Shown: one piece after another, positions 9,832 to 19,335 of the stretch
How positions within the stretch are numbered: position 1 is the stretch's first letter
How the letters are laid out: every line of letters begins with the position of its first letter
Assembly: GCA_020724525.1 (NCBI GenBank)
Contig: DYGU01000003.1
Coordinates: forward strand, 38,105 to 102,104
Length of the DNA stretch: 64,000 nucleotides
Source: Dehalococcoides mccartyi
Lineage (GTDB): Bacteria > Chloroflexota > Dehalococcoidia > GIF9 > DYGU01
Direction: 5' to 3'
Translations under genes and position numbers: made by a program
Notes under the pieces: model-generated
Databases searched by the model: none
Seen by the model: the letters and a program-made list of their open reading frames with translations, nothing else
What the model was told of the DNA's origin: nothing

Positions 9832-11655
9832 TTACCTGAAACCGGAACTCCTCTTATCCCATCCCATCATTGAATAAAAGACTCCCTTAGCTTCTTCAAA
9901 CTTATTTTTATCAATGATTACTCCTCGCAATGGTCCTGAAGAAAAGGGAGTAAAAAAACGCTTTGGCAGAAAATCACCATCCTTATCTAAACCCTCCCGA
10001 ATATTAAAGGCTCGGGTCATAGTCAAGCAGCGTTCACCGACCTTCATTAACTCCCAAACTGTACTATTCCACCCTGTGATTGCCCGAACTAACTCTTTCA
10101 TTTGGCGGTAATTCCAAGTTAAAGGAACAAACTGACAAAAAACAAGACAATAAAGAAAATAGTACCAGGTAATATAGTATACAAGCATACGAACCTTAGC
10201 TGGGCTGAGGTCAGCCACCGGTAACGGTTCGAGTATCCCCACTGCTTTAAAATCTTCAAGTTGAGGCCCTAGCGCCATATAAAGATTATCATGCATATTA
10301 TGGCTATGGTCAGCACCGGTAGGTGAGATGGCATAGCCCAAGCCCATTCCTTGCTTATAGCAAGGTTCGTGCATAGGAATCTCCTGCCCTTTCACATGAA
10401 GAGCAAATTCTTCAGCACCTTTGCCAATTTGAGAAGCAGCTCTGGCAACCCCCTCAGCTAACAAACCGCCAATCCCCTGCCGCCTGGCAATCTTGGTCAC
10501 CAGTTCCACCATAGCCGAGGCATTACCGAAGTTAAGCTTCAAACCATCGCTGTCTTTTTTCTTGAGGATACCCCGTTCAAAGCATTCAAAAGCAAAGGCA
10601 ATTACGGCTCCAGTGGAGATAGTGTCCATCCCGTAGGCATTACATAATTCGTTGGCTTTGGCTATAGCCGTAAGGTTATCAATACCACAGTTGGAACCTA
10701 AAGATGCCAGAGTTTCATATTCAGGACCACCATAGACAGGGTCAACTTGATAAGGCTCGGCTACCGATACAATTCTCTTGCATCGGATGGGGCAGGCATA
10801 ACAACTCCCGCGTCCAACAAGAATAGTCTCCCTCATCGTTTTGCCAGAAATCTTACCAGCACCCTCAAAAGAGCCCTCTTGAAAATTGCGTGTAGGTAGT
10901 CCGCCTTCTCGGTTCAGCCGGGTTAGAACTACCGCTGTCCCTTGGTCATGAAGATCACGGACAAGATGAATATTTTCCTTCACCCACCTACCTAAAGCAC
11001 TAACCACTTCCGGGTTTGCCAGAGGTGGACGGTTATGTCCCCTCACCGCAATTGCTTTTAAATTTTTTGACCCCATTACTGCCCCCATACCTGTCCGGCC
11101 AGCGGCATGATTAATATCATTAAGAATACAAGCGAAGCGAACCTGGTTTTCGCCCGCTGGACCAATAATAGCCGTCCGTACACCTGGGTCTTTTAATTCC
11201 TGACGAATGAATTCCTGACACTCTGCCGTAGTTTTGCCCCAGAGATGAGTCGCATCCCTTATTTCCACCACTCCATCCCTTATCCACAAATACACCGGTG
11301 TCTTCGCCCTACCTTCTACTATGATGGCATCATAACCGGCGTGCTTAAGTTCAGTCCCCCAATAGCCACCAACTTCACTATCGCCGTAACCGTTGGTTAA
11401 AGGAGATTTAGCTCCAACACTATTTCGTCCACACCCCCCTATTGGAGCCCCGGTAACCACGCCGGCAGCAAAGACCAATTTGTTCCCCTCACCTAAAGGC
11501 TCAACTCCAGCTTTTAACTCCTTAAGGAGATAATAACTGACAAAACCCCTACCACCAAAGTAGCAACGGTAAAAATTCTCTTCCGGCTCGTCTACTTCAA
11601 TATTATTAGTGGATAGATTAACACGCAATATCTTGCCATTATAACCGTAAGGCAT
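9832..11655 (-). CDS. aor: aldehyde:ferredoxin oxidoreductase (tungsten-containing AOR family)
   Basis: MPYGYNGKILRVNLSTNNIEVDEPEENFYRCYFGGRGF... 607 aa, AOR N-terminal and pterin-binding domains. Adjacent cofactor genes fit. Confidence 0.9.
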   Translation of the reverse strand: MPYGYNGKILRVNLSTNNIEVDEPEENFYRCYFGGRGFVSYYLLKELKAGVEPLGEGNKLVFAAGVVTGAPIGGCGRNSVGAKSPLTNGYGDSEVGGYWGTELKHAGYDAIIVEGRAKTPVYLWIRDGVVEIRDATHLWGKTTAECQEFIRQELKDPGVRTAIIGPAGENQVRFACILNDINHAAGRTGMGAVMGSKNLKAIAVRGHNRPPLANPEVVSALGRWVKENIHLVRDLHDQGTAVVLTRLNREGGLPTRNFQEGSFEGAGKISGKTMRETILVGRGSCYACPIRCKRIVSVAEPYQVDPVYGGPEYETLASLGSNCGIDNLTAIAKANELCNAYGMDTISTGAVIAFAFECFERGILKKKDSDGLKLNFGNASAMVELVTKIARRQGIGGLLAEGVARAASQIGKGAEEFALHVKGQEIPMHEPCYKQGMGLGYAISPTGADHSHNMHDNLYMALGPQLEDFKAVGILEPLPVADLSPAKVRMLVYYITWYYFLYCLVFCQFVPLTWNYRQMKELVRAITGWNSTVWELMKVGERCLTMTRAFNIREGLDKDGDFLPKRFFTPFSSGPLRGVIIDKNKFEEAKGVFYSMMGWDKRSSGFR

Positions 11656-11696
11656 ATTACTCTCCGTTAAGAGCTAATTTTTTAACAGATTAGGCA

Positions 11697-12287
11697 TCAC
11701 CGACTTTTAATGGCGCGAATTATTTTGTCTATAGCTGGCGTGATATCCCGCGAAGTATCCACTGCGAAATGATTACGGCGGATTTTTTCCGCATTAAGCC
11801 TCATCCTTTGATACACTTCCCAATCAGCATCCGATTTATCTTCAGGGTCGGCTTTCCTTTCTCGAGCCAATAGCCGGTGGCGAACCACAGTTGACGGTGC
11901 CTCAATGCGTACTAAAATAAGCTTGGCCCCTGTCTTATCACTAATGTGATACAAATGCTCCCGATGTCGCTCCGACAAATTAGTAGCATCAAAGATGATG
12001 GGGACTCCCTTCCCCAAGAGCTCTTCAATAACCAGATGACAGGCTGAAAATAGTTGAGCACTTTCCTCAGCACTATAAGTTGGTGCCGAAAACAGGCTTT
12101 TACGTAGAATATCACTCTCAAGAATTAGAAAAGGCATTCTTTCAGCCAGTTTGCGACAAAAGAAGGATTTGCCTGTCCCCGGCAAACCGCTAACAACAAC
12201 AAAAGGAGGCGCGACTACCAGCTCAGGAAGAGGACTTAAACTTTCTTTAATCTTAGCTACATGAACACTAATCTGGTCTTGCTCCAT
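11697..12287 (-). CDS. P-loop kinase/ATPase (AAA_33-like)
   Basis: VVVSGLPGTGKSFFCRKLAERM Walker A. 196 aa. Specific function unknown. Confidence 0.55.
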   Translation of the reverse strand: MEQDQISVHVAKIKESLSPLPELVVAPPFVVVSGLPGTGKSFFCRKLAERMPFLILESDILRKSLFSAPTYSAEESAQLFSACHLVIEELLGKGVPIIFDATNLSERHREHLYHISDKTGAKLILVRIEAPSTVVRHRLLARERKADPEDKSDADWEVYQRMRLNAEKIRRNHFAVDTSRDITPAIDKIIRAIKSR

Positions 12288-12605
12288 ATATCCATTGATG
12301 AATTATAAGATATTTTTCATCCCTCTACCAGAACTCCAGCTCAAAAATTCCTTAGAATATCAGCCGGGATTGCACCAAAATAATATACAATCTCCGTGAC
12401 CTTGACATACTGTTTATTCGCGCTTCATAAATTAAGTATATTAGTGAATACTTATAAAAAGTTAGGACCTATAATCTCGCTCCGCACTGGCGTGCCGACT
12501 CTCCGGGTAATATTAGCTATCATTCTCGTAGGACTGGCAATCTGGATGGCAGTTGAGGCATTCATGACTCCATGACAATTTTTGTGGCTAAATTCTCCCC
12601 AAAAC

Positions 12606-12634
12606 TTGCACAATCCCAAAAATAGTGGTAAACT
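12606..12634 (+). promoter_or_regulatory. sigma70-like promoter of the pyr operon (TTGCAC-N17-TAAACT)
   Basis: -35 TTGCAC at 12606..12611, 17-nt spacer, -10 TAAACT at 12629..12634, about 20 nt upstream of the PyrR-binding loop. Confidence 0.4.
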
Positions 12635-12654
12635 ATCCAAAAGGTTAAACCTTT

Positions 12655-12774
12655 AAGTCAGTCCAGCGAGGCTGGCAAGGGGAAATATGGCACAAAACTG
12701 TAATAGAGCTACACCCACATCAGAGCACTGCCCTCTGAAAACCTCTTGCCACTCAGGGGTAAGAGGTTTTCTTT
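12655..12774 (+). promoter_or_regulatory. PyrR-binding attenuator leader: binding loop plus intrinsic terminator
   Basis: AGUCAGUCCAGCGAGGCUGGCAAGGGG at 12656..12684 resembles the PyrR binding-loop consensus (UCCAG-GAGGCU-GCAAGG). Downstream hairpin AACCTCTT-N13-AAGAGGTT (12740..12768) is followed by TTTCTTT immediately before the pyrR ATG. The hairpin 3' arm contains the RBS (AAGAGG). Confidence 0.6.
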
Positions 12775-13323
12775 ATGCTTGAGAAAATTATCCTCTCGTC
12801 GGAAGACATCCAACGAGCCTTAGTCCGCATTGCCCACGAAATTGTGGAAAGAAATAAGGGGGCTCACGAACTCGTCTTTGTCGGTATGCAGACTCGAGGA
12901 GTACCCCTGGCAAAACGATTAGCCCACTTCATCCAAGAGGTCGAAGGTATCACCATTCCTGTAGGTGCCCTGGACATCACTCTTTACCGCGATGACCTCT
13001 CCTCTTTAAACCTCAAGCCAATCGTCCAGCGCACCGATATCCCCGCCAATATTACCGATAAAAGAGTCATCCTGGTTGATGATGTTCTTTATACCGGGCG
13101 GAGTATCCGAGCGGCTATGGATGCCCTCATAGACCTGGGACGACCTAAATCAATTCAATTAGTTGTGCTCATCGACCGAGGTCACCGTGAACTCCCTATC
13201 CGCGCCGATTACGCGGGCAAAAATATACCTACCTCCCGCTACGAAGAAATACAGGTCTATATAAAAGAAATAGACGGCAGAGACGAGGTGGCTATACTCA
13301 ATAGACAGGAGAATAGACTATGA
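12775..13323 (+). CDS. pyrR: bifunctional pyrimidine operon regulator / uracil phosphoribosyltransferase
   Basis: [29 protein letters not shown]...[20 protein letters not shown] (PRTase motif). 182 aa. Confidence 0.9.
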   Translation: MLEKIILSSEDIQRALVRIAHEIVERNKGAHELVFVGMQTRGVPLAKRLAHFIQEVEGITIPVGALDITLYRDDLSSLNLKPIVQRTDIPANITDKRVILVDDVLYTGRSIRAAMDALIDLGRPKSIQLVVLIDRGHRELPIRADYAGKNIPTSRYEEIQVYIKEIDGRDEVAILNRQENRL

Positions 13324-14330
13324 AAACAACACAACCAAGGGATAAGCCTAATGTAATACCCGAAACCTTTCCCCCACCACAAATAAGTATCTGGCGGCAT
13401 CAACACATCCTTGACCTGGACAGTTTTACTAAAGAAGAAATAGACCTCGTTTTTGAAATAACCGATGCTATGATGGAAGTGCTGGGACGAGAAATAAAGA
13501 AAGTCCCTACCCTCCGAGGCACTACTGTGGCAACAGTTTTCTATGAGCCGAGCACTCGAACTCGTGCCTCCTTTGAACTGGCAGCCAAAAACCTCAGCAC
13601 TGACGTCGTCAATCTTGATATCCCCAAAAGTAGTGTAACCAAAGGGGAATCTTTCCTTGATACCCTCCGCACCCTCCAGGCTCTGGGAGTTGATGTTATA
13701 GTCTTGCGTCATTCCCAATCTGGCGCTCCCTATCTGGCGGCTCAACACCTGGATATAAGCATAATAAACGGCGGAGATGGCTGGCACGCTCACCCAACTC
13801 AAGCCCTCCTCGACCTCTACACCCTACGCCGCCATTTTGGAGACTTAACCGGGCTAAAAGTAGTAATTATAGGCGATATTCTTCATAGTCGGGTAGCTCG
13901 TTCCAATATCTGGGGGATGAGCATTATGGGCTGTAAAGTAGTGCTCTGTGCCCCACCTACCCTTCTCCCCCGAGAATTAGACAACTTCATTATCCGCTGC
14001 CATCTATCTGGTATTAGCAAAGAGTATAAGTTGGAAGCGGCTCTTCAGGAGGCTGATGTCATTATGCCCTTGCGTCTGCAATTTGAGAGACAACAAAGTC
14101 GGCTTTTACCCAGCTTAAGAGAATACATTCAGCTCTATCAACTGAATTCAAAGCGGCTATCCTTAGCCAAGCCCAATGCCTTGGTACTTCATCCTGGTCC
14201 TATAAATGAAGATGTCGAGATTTCTCCTGAAGTCGCCCACAGCGCCCAATCAGTCATTGAAGAGCAAGTGACTAATGGAGTGGCGGTGCGGATGGCTCTA
14301 CTGTATTTGATCACCAGAGGTAAAAGGTAA
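13320..14330 (+). CDS. pyrB: aspartate carbamoyltransferase catalytic subunit
   Basis: [13 protein letters not shown] and HPTQAL carbamoyltransferase motifs. 4-nt overlap with pyrR. Confidence 0.9.
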   Translation: MKTTQPRDKPNVIPETFPPPQISIWRHQHILDLDSFTKEEIDLVFEITDAMMEVLGREIKKVPTLRGTTVATVFYEPSTRTRASFELAAKNLSTDVVNLDIPKSSVTKGESFLDTLRTLQALGVDVIVLRHSQSGAPYLAAQHLDISIINGGDGWHAHPTQALLDLYTLRRHFGDLTGLKVVIIGDILHSRVARSNIWGMSIMGCKVVLCAPPTLLPRELDNFIIRCHLSGISKEYKLEAALQEADVIMPLRLQFERQQSRLLPSLREYIQLYQLNSKRLSLAKPNALVLHPGPINEDVEISPEVAHSAQSVIEEQVTNGVAVRMALLYLITRGKR

Positions 14331-14333
14331 GCA

Positions 14334-15680
14334 ATGTCCGAGGGAATACTTATAAAAGGTGGACGTATCCTTGACCCAGGTCAAGGACTAGATAGAATCG
14401 GTGACCTGCTCATCACCGACGGCAAAATCACCCGGTTCGGAGACAAGGGGGCAATACCGCCGGAAGGTTTCCATGCTCTTGATGCTAATGGCTTAATAGT
14501 CTGTCCCGGTTTTATTGACCTCCACTGCCACCTTCGCGAGCCTGGCTTTGAGGAGAAAGAAACTATTGCCACCGGGACAAGAGCTGCTACCAGGGGTGGT
14601 TTTACTACCATCTGCTGCATGTCCAATACTAACCCACCTTTAGATAACCGGGCTGCCGTTGATTATGTGAAAGCAAAAGCGGAGACACAAGGCACTGTTC
14701 GGGTCTTGCCCATAGGTTGTATTACTAAAGGCAGGAAAGGGGAAGAACTTACGGAAATGGCGGAACTGGCTGAGGCTGGAGTTATTGCCTTCAGTGACGA
14801 TGGAGAACCGGTAGTAAATTCAGCCATTATGTGCCACGCCCTTGATTACGCTTCTGCCTTAGGTCTGATGGTTATTGATCACTGTGAGGACAGGGCTTTG
14901 ACTAATGGTGGTCTTATGAACGAGGGATGGGTGGCAACTCGGCTTGGTCTAAAGGGGATACCAGCAGCCGCTGAAGAAATTATGGTGGCTCGGGATTTAG
15001 CTTTAGCCCGATTGACTAAAGCCAGACTTCATATCGCCCATATCACCACCGAAGGTTCCGTAGACCTCATCCATCGGGCTAAAGAGAAAGGAATTCTGGT
15101 TACTGCTGAAGTTACTCCCCACCACCTGACTTTGACTGAAGACAGAGTCATGGGCTGGCACTGGGGAAAGAATAATATCACCTACGATACTAACGCCAAG
15201 GTAAATCCACCCTTGCGTACTTCTAAGGACATTGATGCCCTAATCAGGGGGGTAAAGCTGGGTATAATTGATGCCATTGCTACTGACCACGCCCCCCACA
15301 CCTTAACGGACAAAATGTGCGAGTTTGGGATAGCTGCCTTCGGTATTAGCGGTCTGGAAACAGCCTTTGGTTGCCTGATGAGTCTGGTACCTGACGGCAA
15401 ACTTGACTTGGTCACTTTAATCTCCAAACTAACGGCTGAGCCTGCCAAGATTATCGGTACAAAATATAGAGAATTGGGCACTCTCAAAATAAGTGCCCCA
15501 GCCGATATTACCCTTTTTGACCCCACAAAAGAATGGATAGTTGACAGCCATAACTTTGCCTCTAAGGGCAAAAACACCCCCTTTGATGGTTACCGGTTCA
15601 AAGGCAAAATAATGGCAACCATATTCGGTGGCAAGATAGTTTATAAAGACGACTCAGTTAAACTCGAAATAAAGCAATGA
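14334..15680 (+). CDS. pyrC: dihydroorotase
   Basis: GFIDLHCHLREPG metal-binding motif. 448 aa. Confidence 0.9.
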   Translation: MSEGILIKGGRILDPGQGLDRIGDLLITDGKITRFGDKGAIPPEGFHALDANGLIVCPGFIDLHCHLREPGFEEKETIATGTRAATRGGFTTICCMSNTNPPLDNRAAVDYVKAKAETQGTVRVLPIGCITKGRKGEELTEMAELAEAGVIAFSDDGEPVVNSAIMCHALDYASALGLMVIDHCEDRALTNGGLMNEGWVATRLGLKGIPAAAEEIMVARDLALARLTKARLHIAHITTEGSVDLIHRAKEKGILVTAEVTPHHLTLTEDRVMGWHWGKNNITYDTNAKVNPPLRTSKDIDALIRGVKLGIIDAIATDHAPHTLTDKMCEFGIAAFGISGLETAFGCLMSLVPDGKLDLVTLISKLTAEPAKIIGTKYRELGTLKISAPADITLFDPTKEWIVDSHNFASKGKNTPFDGYRFKGKIMATIFGGKIVYKDDSVKLEIKQ

Positions 15681-16777
15681 CCAGAAAAACAATTTTAGCC
15701 TTAGAAGACGGCTCAGTCTACGAAGGTTATTCCTTTGGTGCTGAGACTACTACCTATGGCGAAGTCGTCTTCGATACCAGTATGACCGGCTACCAGGAGA
15801 TGCTCACCGATCCCTCCTTTGCCGGGCAAATTTTAGTCGCTACCTATCCCCTTATTGGCAATTACGGCATCAATGATGAAGATTTTGAGTCAAAACAAAT
15901 CCAGGTGAGGGGCTTCGTTGTCCGGGAATATTGTCCTGCACCCAGCCACTGGCAGAGCCAGAAAACTTTGCAGGAGTTTCTTTTAGCCAATGGCATTCCC
16001 GGGATTAGCGGCATTGATACTCGAGCTTTAACCCGCCGCCTTCGTTCAGTAGGAGTGATGATGGGCATTGTCACTTCAGAGATGACAGCAAAAGAAGCCC
16101 TGAAGGAACTTAAGAAATTACCCCGATATGATTCCACTGACTTTGTCAAAGAAGTTACCACCAGTGAGTCATACCACTGGGCATTAGCTTCCTCAAAAGA
16201 TAAGTTGGATGCTACCTTCCAGGTTGTGGTTGTTGACCTGGGTATCAAATATAATATCCTGCGCATCTTGAGCCGTCTTGGTTGCCAGGTAACTGCTGTC
16301 CCATGTACCACCTCAGCCGACGAAATTTTGAGCTTAAATCCTGACGGTATTGTCCTTTCTTCCGGTCCTGGTGACCCGGCTTTGCTCAGCTATATGGAAA
16401 AAACAGTAAAGGGACTCATTACCAAAAAGCCAATTATGGGTATTTGCCTGGGACACCAACTTATTGGGCGCGCCTTTGGGGCTAAGACTTTCAAGCTAAA
16501 ATTCGGTCACCGGGGTGGTAATCATCCCGTCCGTGGCCTTGCCACCGGCAGAGTCCATATTACCGCTCAGAACCATGGCTATGCCGTAGACGCTGATACC
16601 TTGAAAGGTGGTTTAGAAGTCAGCCACATAAATTTAAACGATGGCACCGTAGAAGGTCTGCGACATAAAGAGCTACCCACCCTGTCCATCCAGTACCACT
16701 CCGAAGCCTCTCCCGGACCAAGGGACAATGAATACTTGTTTGAAAGATTTTTGAAGATGGTAAGGGAGAAGAAATGA
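15677..16777 (+). CDS. carA: carbamoyl-phosphate synthase small (glutaminase) subunit
   Basis: CarA N-domain and GATase domain (GICLGHQLI...HRGGNHP). Overlaps the next gene by ATGA. Confidence 0.9.
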   Translation: MTRKTILALEDGSVYEGYSFGAETTTYGEVVFDTSMTGYQEMLTDPSFAGQILVATYPLIGNYGINDEDFESKQIQVRGFVVREYCPAPSHWQSQKTLQEFLLANGIPGISGIDTRALTRRLRSVGVMMGIVTSEMTAKEALKELKKLPRYDSTDFVKEVTTSESYHWALASSKDKLDATFQVVVVDLGIKYNILRILSRLGCQVTAVPCTTSADEILSLNPDGIVLSSGPGDPALLSYMEKTVKGLITKKPIMGICLGHQLIGRAFGAKTFKLKFGHRGGNHPVRGLATGRVHITAQNHGYAVDADTLKGGLEVSHINLNDGTVEGLRHKELPTLSIQYHSEASPGPRDNEYLFERFLKMVREKK

Positions 16778-18054
16778 TTCCCCAAGAAACGGTGGTAAAT
16801 ACAATTTCAGTAGTGAGCAAGGCAATAAAACAGAAAATTGAAGATTCCAGCTGGGATTACCGGGGCGAATTTACCAAAGCGTATACTCATGGGTTCCATT
16901 CTTATCCAGCTATGATGATCCCCCAAGTTGCCCGAAGATTAATACTGGAGTATAGCAACGAGGGGGATTCTTTACTTGACCCCTTTTGTGGTTCGGGAAG
17001 CGTTTTAGTGGAGGCAAAGCTAAATAAGCGTTACTCTTTCGGGATTGACCTAAATCCTCTAGCTATTTTGATTGCACGTGTTAAGACGAGACCTATTGAA
17101 CCTAAGCTACTTACTAAACAATTGTGGAATATTCTAGAAAACTTAAATGCCTTACAAATAGAAGAGATAGAAGAACCAAATTTTTTCAATATTCGTTTCT
17201 GGTTTAAGGAAATGGTCATCTTTCAACTAGCCAAACTTAAAACAATAATAAGCAATATAGAAGCAACCGAGGTGAGAGAATTCTTCCAAGTTGTTTTTAG
17301 CGAAGTTGTAAGATTAAGCTCGAATTCGCGTAGTTCTGAATTCAAATTATATCGTTACCCTTATGAGCGCTTACAAAGCCATGAGCCAGACCCAATAAAA
17401 CTTTTTAAGAACAAAGCCATGGCTAACATAGCCGGAATGGAAAAGTATTACAGCGAAGCTCGTGACCCATACTGGGCTCGACCTATTCTAGGTGACACAA
17501 CAAAACTTACCCAAGTTCTTCAACATCCGATACATATTGTAGTAACCTCTCCACCTTATGGAGATAGTCGCACTACAGTGGCTTATGGTCAATTTTCAAG
17601 GCTCTCTAGCCAGTGGTTAGGACTTGAAGGATATGAAAATGTTGATAAAAAATCTCTTGGCGGAATCTCAGTTGCAACCTTACATTGCTCGTTACCCTCA
17701 GAAACTTTAAGTGAGGTAATCAAGGTCATAGGGAAAGCGGACGAACGCCGGGCTAAAGATGTACTCAGCTTCTATATTGACTTGAATAAAGCTCTAATTG
17801 AAATCGATAAGGTGATGAAAAAGAGGGGAGTACTGTGCTTTGTTATAGGCAACAGGTCTGTCAAAGGAATCAGGTTGCCTACAGATATAATCTTAGCTGA
17901 GTTGCTGACTAATTTGGGGTATTGTCATCTGGCGACGATTATCAGGAACATACCAAGTAAGGCAATGCCTTTACGAAATAGTCCAAGTAATATTGCTGGC
18001 AGAGTATCTGACACAATACACAAAGAAAACATAGTTATTATGAGAAAGGGGTAA
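16774..18054 (+). CDS. SAM-dependent DNA amino-methyltransferase (N4-cytosine or N6-adenine; FxGxG...SPPY)
   Basis: Motif I LLDPFCGSGSVLVEA, then a 180-aa insert, then motif IV VVTSPPYGD. Visibly lower GC than flanking pyr genes. Sits between carA and carB. Confidence 0.65.
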   Translation: MIPQETVVNTISVVSKAIKQKIEDSSWDYRGEFTKAYTHGFHSYPAMMIPQVARRLILEYSNEGDSLLDPFCGSGSVLVEAKLNKRYSFGIDLNPLAILIARVKTRPIEPKLLTKQLWNILENLNALQIEEIEEPNFFNIRFWFKEMVIFQLAKLKTIISNIEATEVREFFQVVFSEVVRLSSNSRSSEFKLYRYPYERLQSHEPDPIKLFKNKAMANIAGMEKYYSEARDPYWARPILGDTTKLTQVLQHPIHIVVTSPPYGDSRTTVAYGQFSRLSSQWLGLEGYENVDKKSLGGISVATLHCSLPSETLSEVIKVIGKADERRAKDVLSFYIDLNKALIEIDKVMKKRGVLCFVIGNRSVKGIRLPTDIILAELLTNLGYCHLATIIRNIPSKAMPLRNSPSNIAGRVSDTIHKENIVIMRKG

Positions 18055-18061
18055 ATGTCCG

Positions 18062-19012
18062 ATGGCTAATGATTACAAACAACCGGTTGCCTTCGAAGAG
18101 CGGGGCGAAACTTTTGTTAACTTAAATTTAGTAAGAAATTCACTTCGAAAATTTGTGCTCGAGCGATTGAATTTTGACCCATCAGAAGCGGAGAAAGTTC
18201 CAGAATATGAAATCCCTAAACTATTCAGGAAAGAAAAGCTATCACTCCAAGATGAAAAAATAATTTACCAAGCTAAACAAAAAATTCCATCCCTCCAAAA
18301 AATCCTTAATGAGGCTATCGAGACCACTAAGAAAACAACACCCAAAATTCTTGCTCCTAGTTACATTAAAGCTCATTTCGGTGAATGCGTAACAGCATTA
18401 GAACCAAGGGCTTACAAAATTTACCTTGACTATGAAGAGAAGGCATTTCTATCAGCGATAGACTCATGGATTTTGCAGAATCAGAGCACTATAAACAGCC
18501 TTATCGAAAAAGGTTTATCACCATCTGATCTGGTTAAAGAAGCTATTAAATTATCTTACCCTTTAGTGCAGAAGCTAGAATTTGAATCTGGCCAGACACG
18601 GAAAGCCAGGGTAGGTAGAACCTTTGAATTAGTAATAGAGTATCTATTAGGTAGAATTGGCATCCCTTGTCAAAAGCCCCGAGGAAAGCAGCATAGGAAG
18701 ATTCTTAAAAGGGTAGATCTTGTCATACCTGACCAGATTACCGCAATCGAGCGTCCTGATAAAGCATATTTCTTATCTTATAAGCGGACACTTAGGGAGA
18801 GGTGGAAGCAAACTATCCCAGAACGAAAGCCAAGTTGGAGGGTTTTCCTCTTAACCCAAGATGAAGAACTAACTGAAGATAAAGCAAAAGAGATTGATGA
18901 ACTTGGTATGATTGTATACGTGAGAGATGAACTGAAAAATAAAGACTACTTAGCTCAAAAACCCTGGGTAAGGAGGTTATCCGATTTACCCAAAGATTTG
19001 AGCTTCTCATAG
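18062..19012 (+). CDS. putative type II restriction endonuclease (PD-(D/E)XK-like core)
   Basis: 316 aa, AT-rich, immediately downstream of the MTase. C-terminal half GRTFELVIEYLLGRIGIP...KRVDLVIPD...SYKRTLRERWKQ resembles an REase catalytic core (D...E.K plus TLRERWKQ-like motif). Family not identifiable without a search. Confidence 0.4.
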   Translation: MANDYKQPVAFEERGETFVNLNLVRNSLRKFVLERLNFDPSEAEKVPEYEIPKLFRKEKLSLQDEKIIYQAKQKIPSLQKILNEAIETTKKTTPKILAPSYIKAHFGECVTALEPRAYKIYLDYEEKAFLSAIDSWILQNQSTINSLIEKGLSPSDLVKEAIKLSYPLVQKLEFESGQTRKARVGRTFELVIEYLLGRIGIPCQKPRGKQHRKILKRVDLVIPDQITAIERPDKAYFLSYKRTLRERWKQTIPERKPSWRVFLLTQDEELTEDKAKEIDELGMIVYVRDELKNKDYLAQKPWVRRLSDLPKDLSFS

Positions 19013-19069
19013 AGCAAGTTGAGCTAAGCTTAGAAGAGTTTATAAAGCCACTTTGAAGGAGGGGAAGAG

Positions 19070-19294
19070 ATGGCTAAGAAATACACCATAATTCTAGAAC
19101 CCAATTATCCTGAGGAGGGGTATACTGTCAGGGTGCCTACTCTTCCTGGATGCATTACTTATGGGCGAACCAAAGAGGAGGCTCTGAAAAGAGCCAAGGA
19201 AGCCATAGAAGGCTTTATTGAAGGACTACAAAAAGCAGGCGAGCCAATCCCTGAAGAAGTTGCCCCAATAGAGTTGGACACGGTGACTGTTTAG
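19070..19294 (+). CDS. HicB-like antitoxin domain protein (UPF0150/DUF1902-like), no HicA partner
   Basis: MAKKYTIILEPNYPEEGYTVRVPTLPGCITYGRTKEEALKRAKEAIEGFIEG fits the HicB N-domain pattern (V.VP.LPGC.T.G.T.EEAL.N.KEAIE). RBS GGAGGGGAAGAG. No HicA-sized ORF nearby. Confidence 0.6.
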   Translation: MAKKYTIILEPNYPEEGYTVRVPTLPGCITYGRTKEEALKRAKEAIEGFIEGLQKAGEPIPEEVAPIELDTVTV

Positions 19295-19335
19295 GATAAA
19301 TTTATTGCTTGAAAAATTTCTGGAGGTAGTAAGGA

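Noticed and set aside
12452-12640. 62-aa minus-strand ORF in the pyr leader
   Set aside because: Overlaps the predicted pyr promoter and leader. No RBS. Composition typical of a random ORF.
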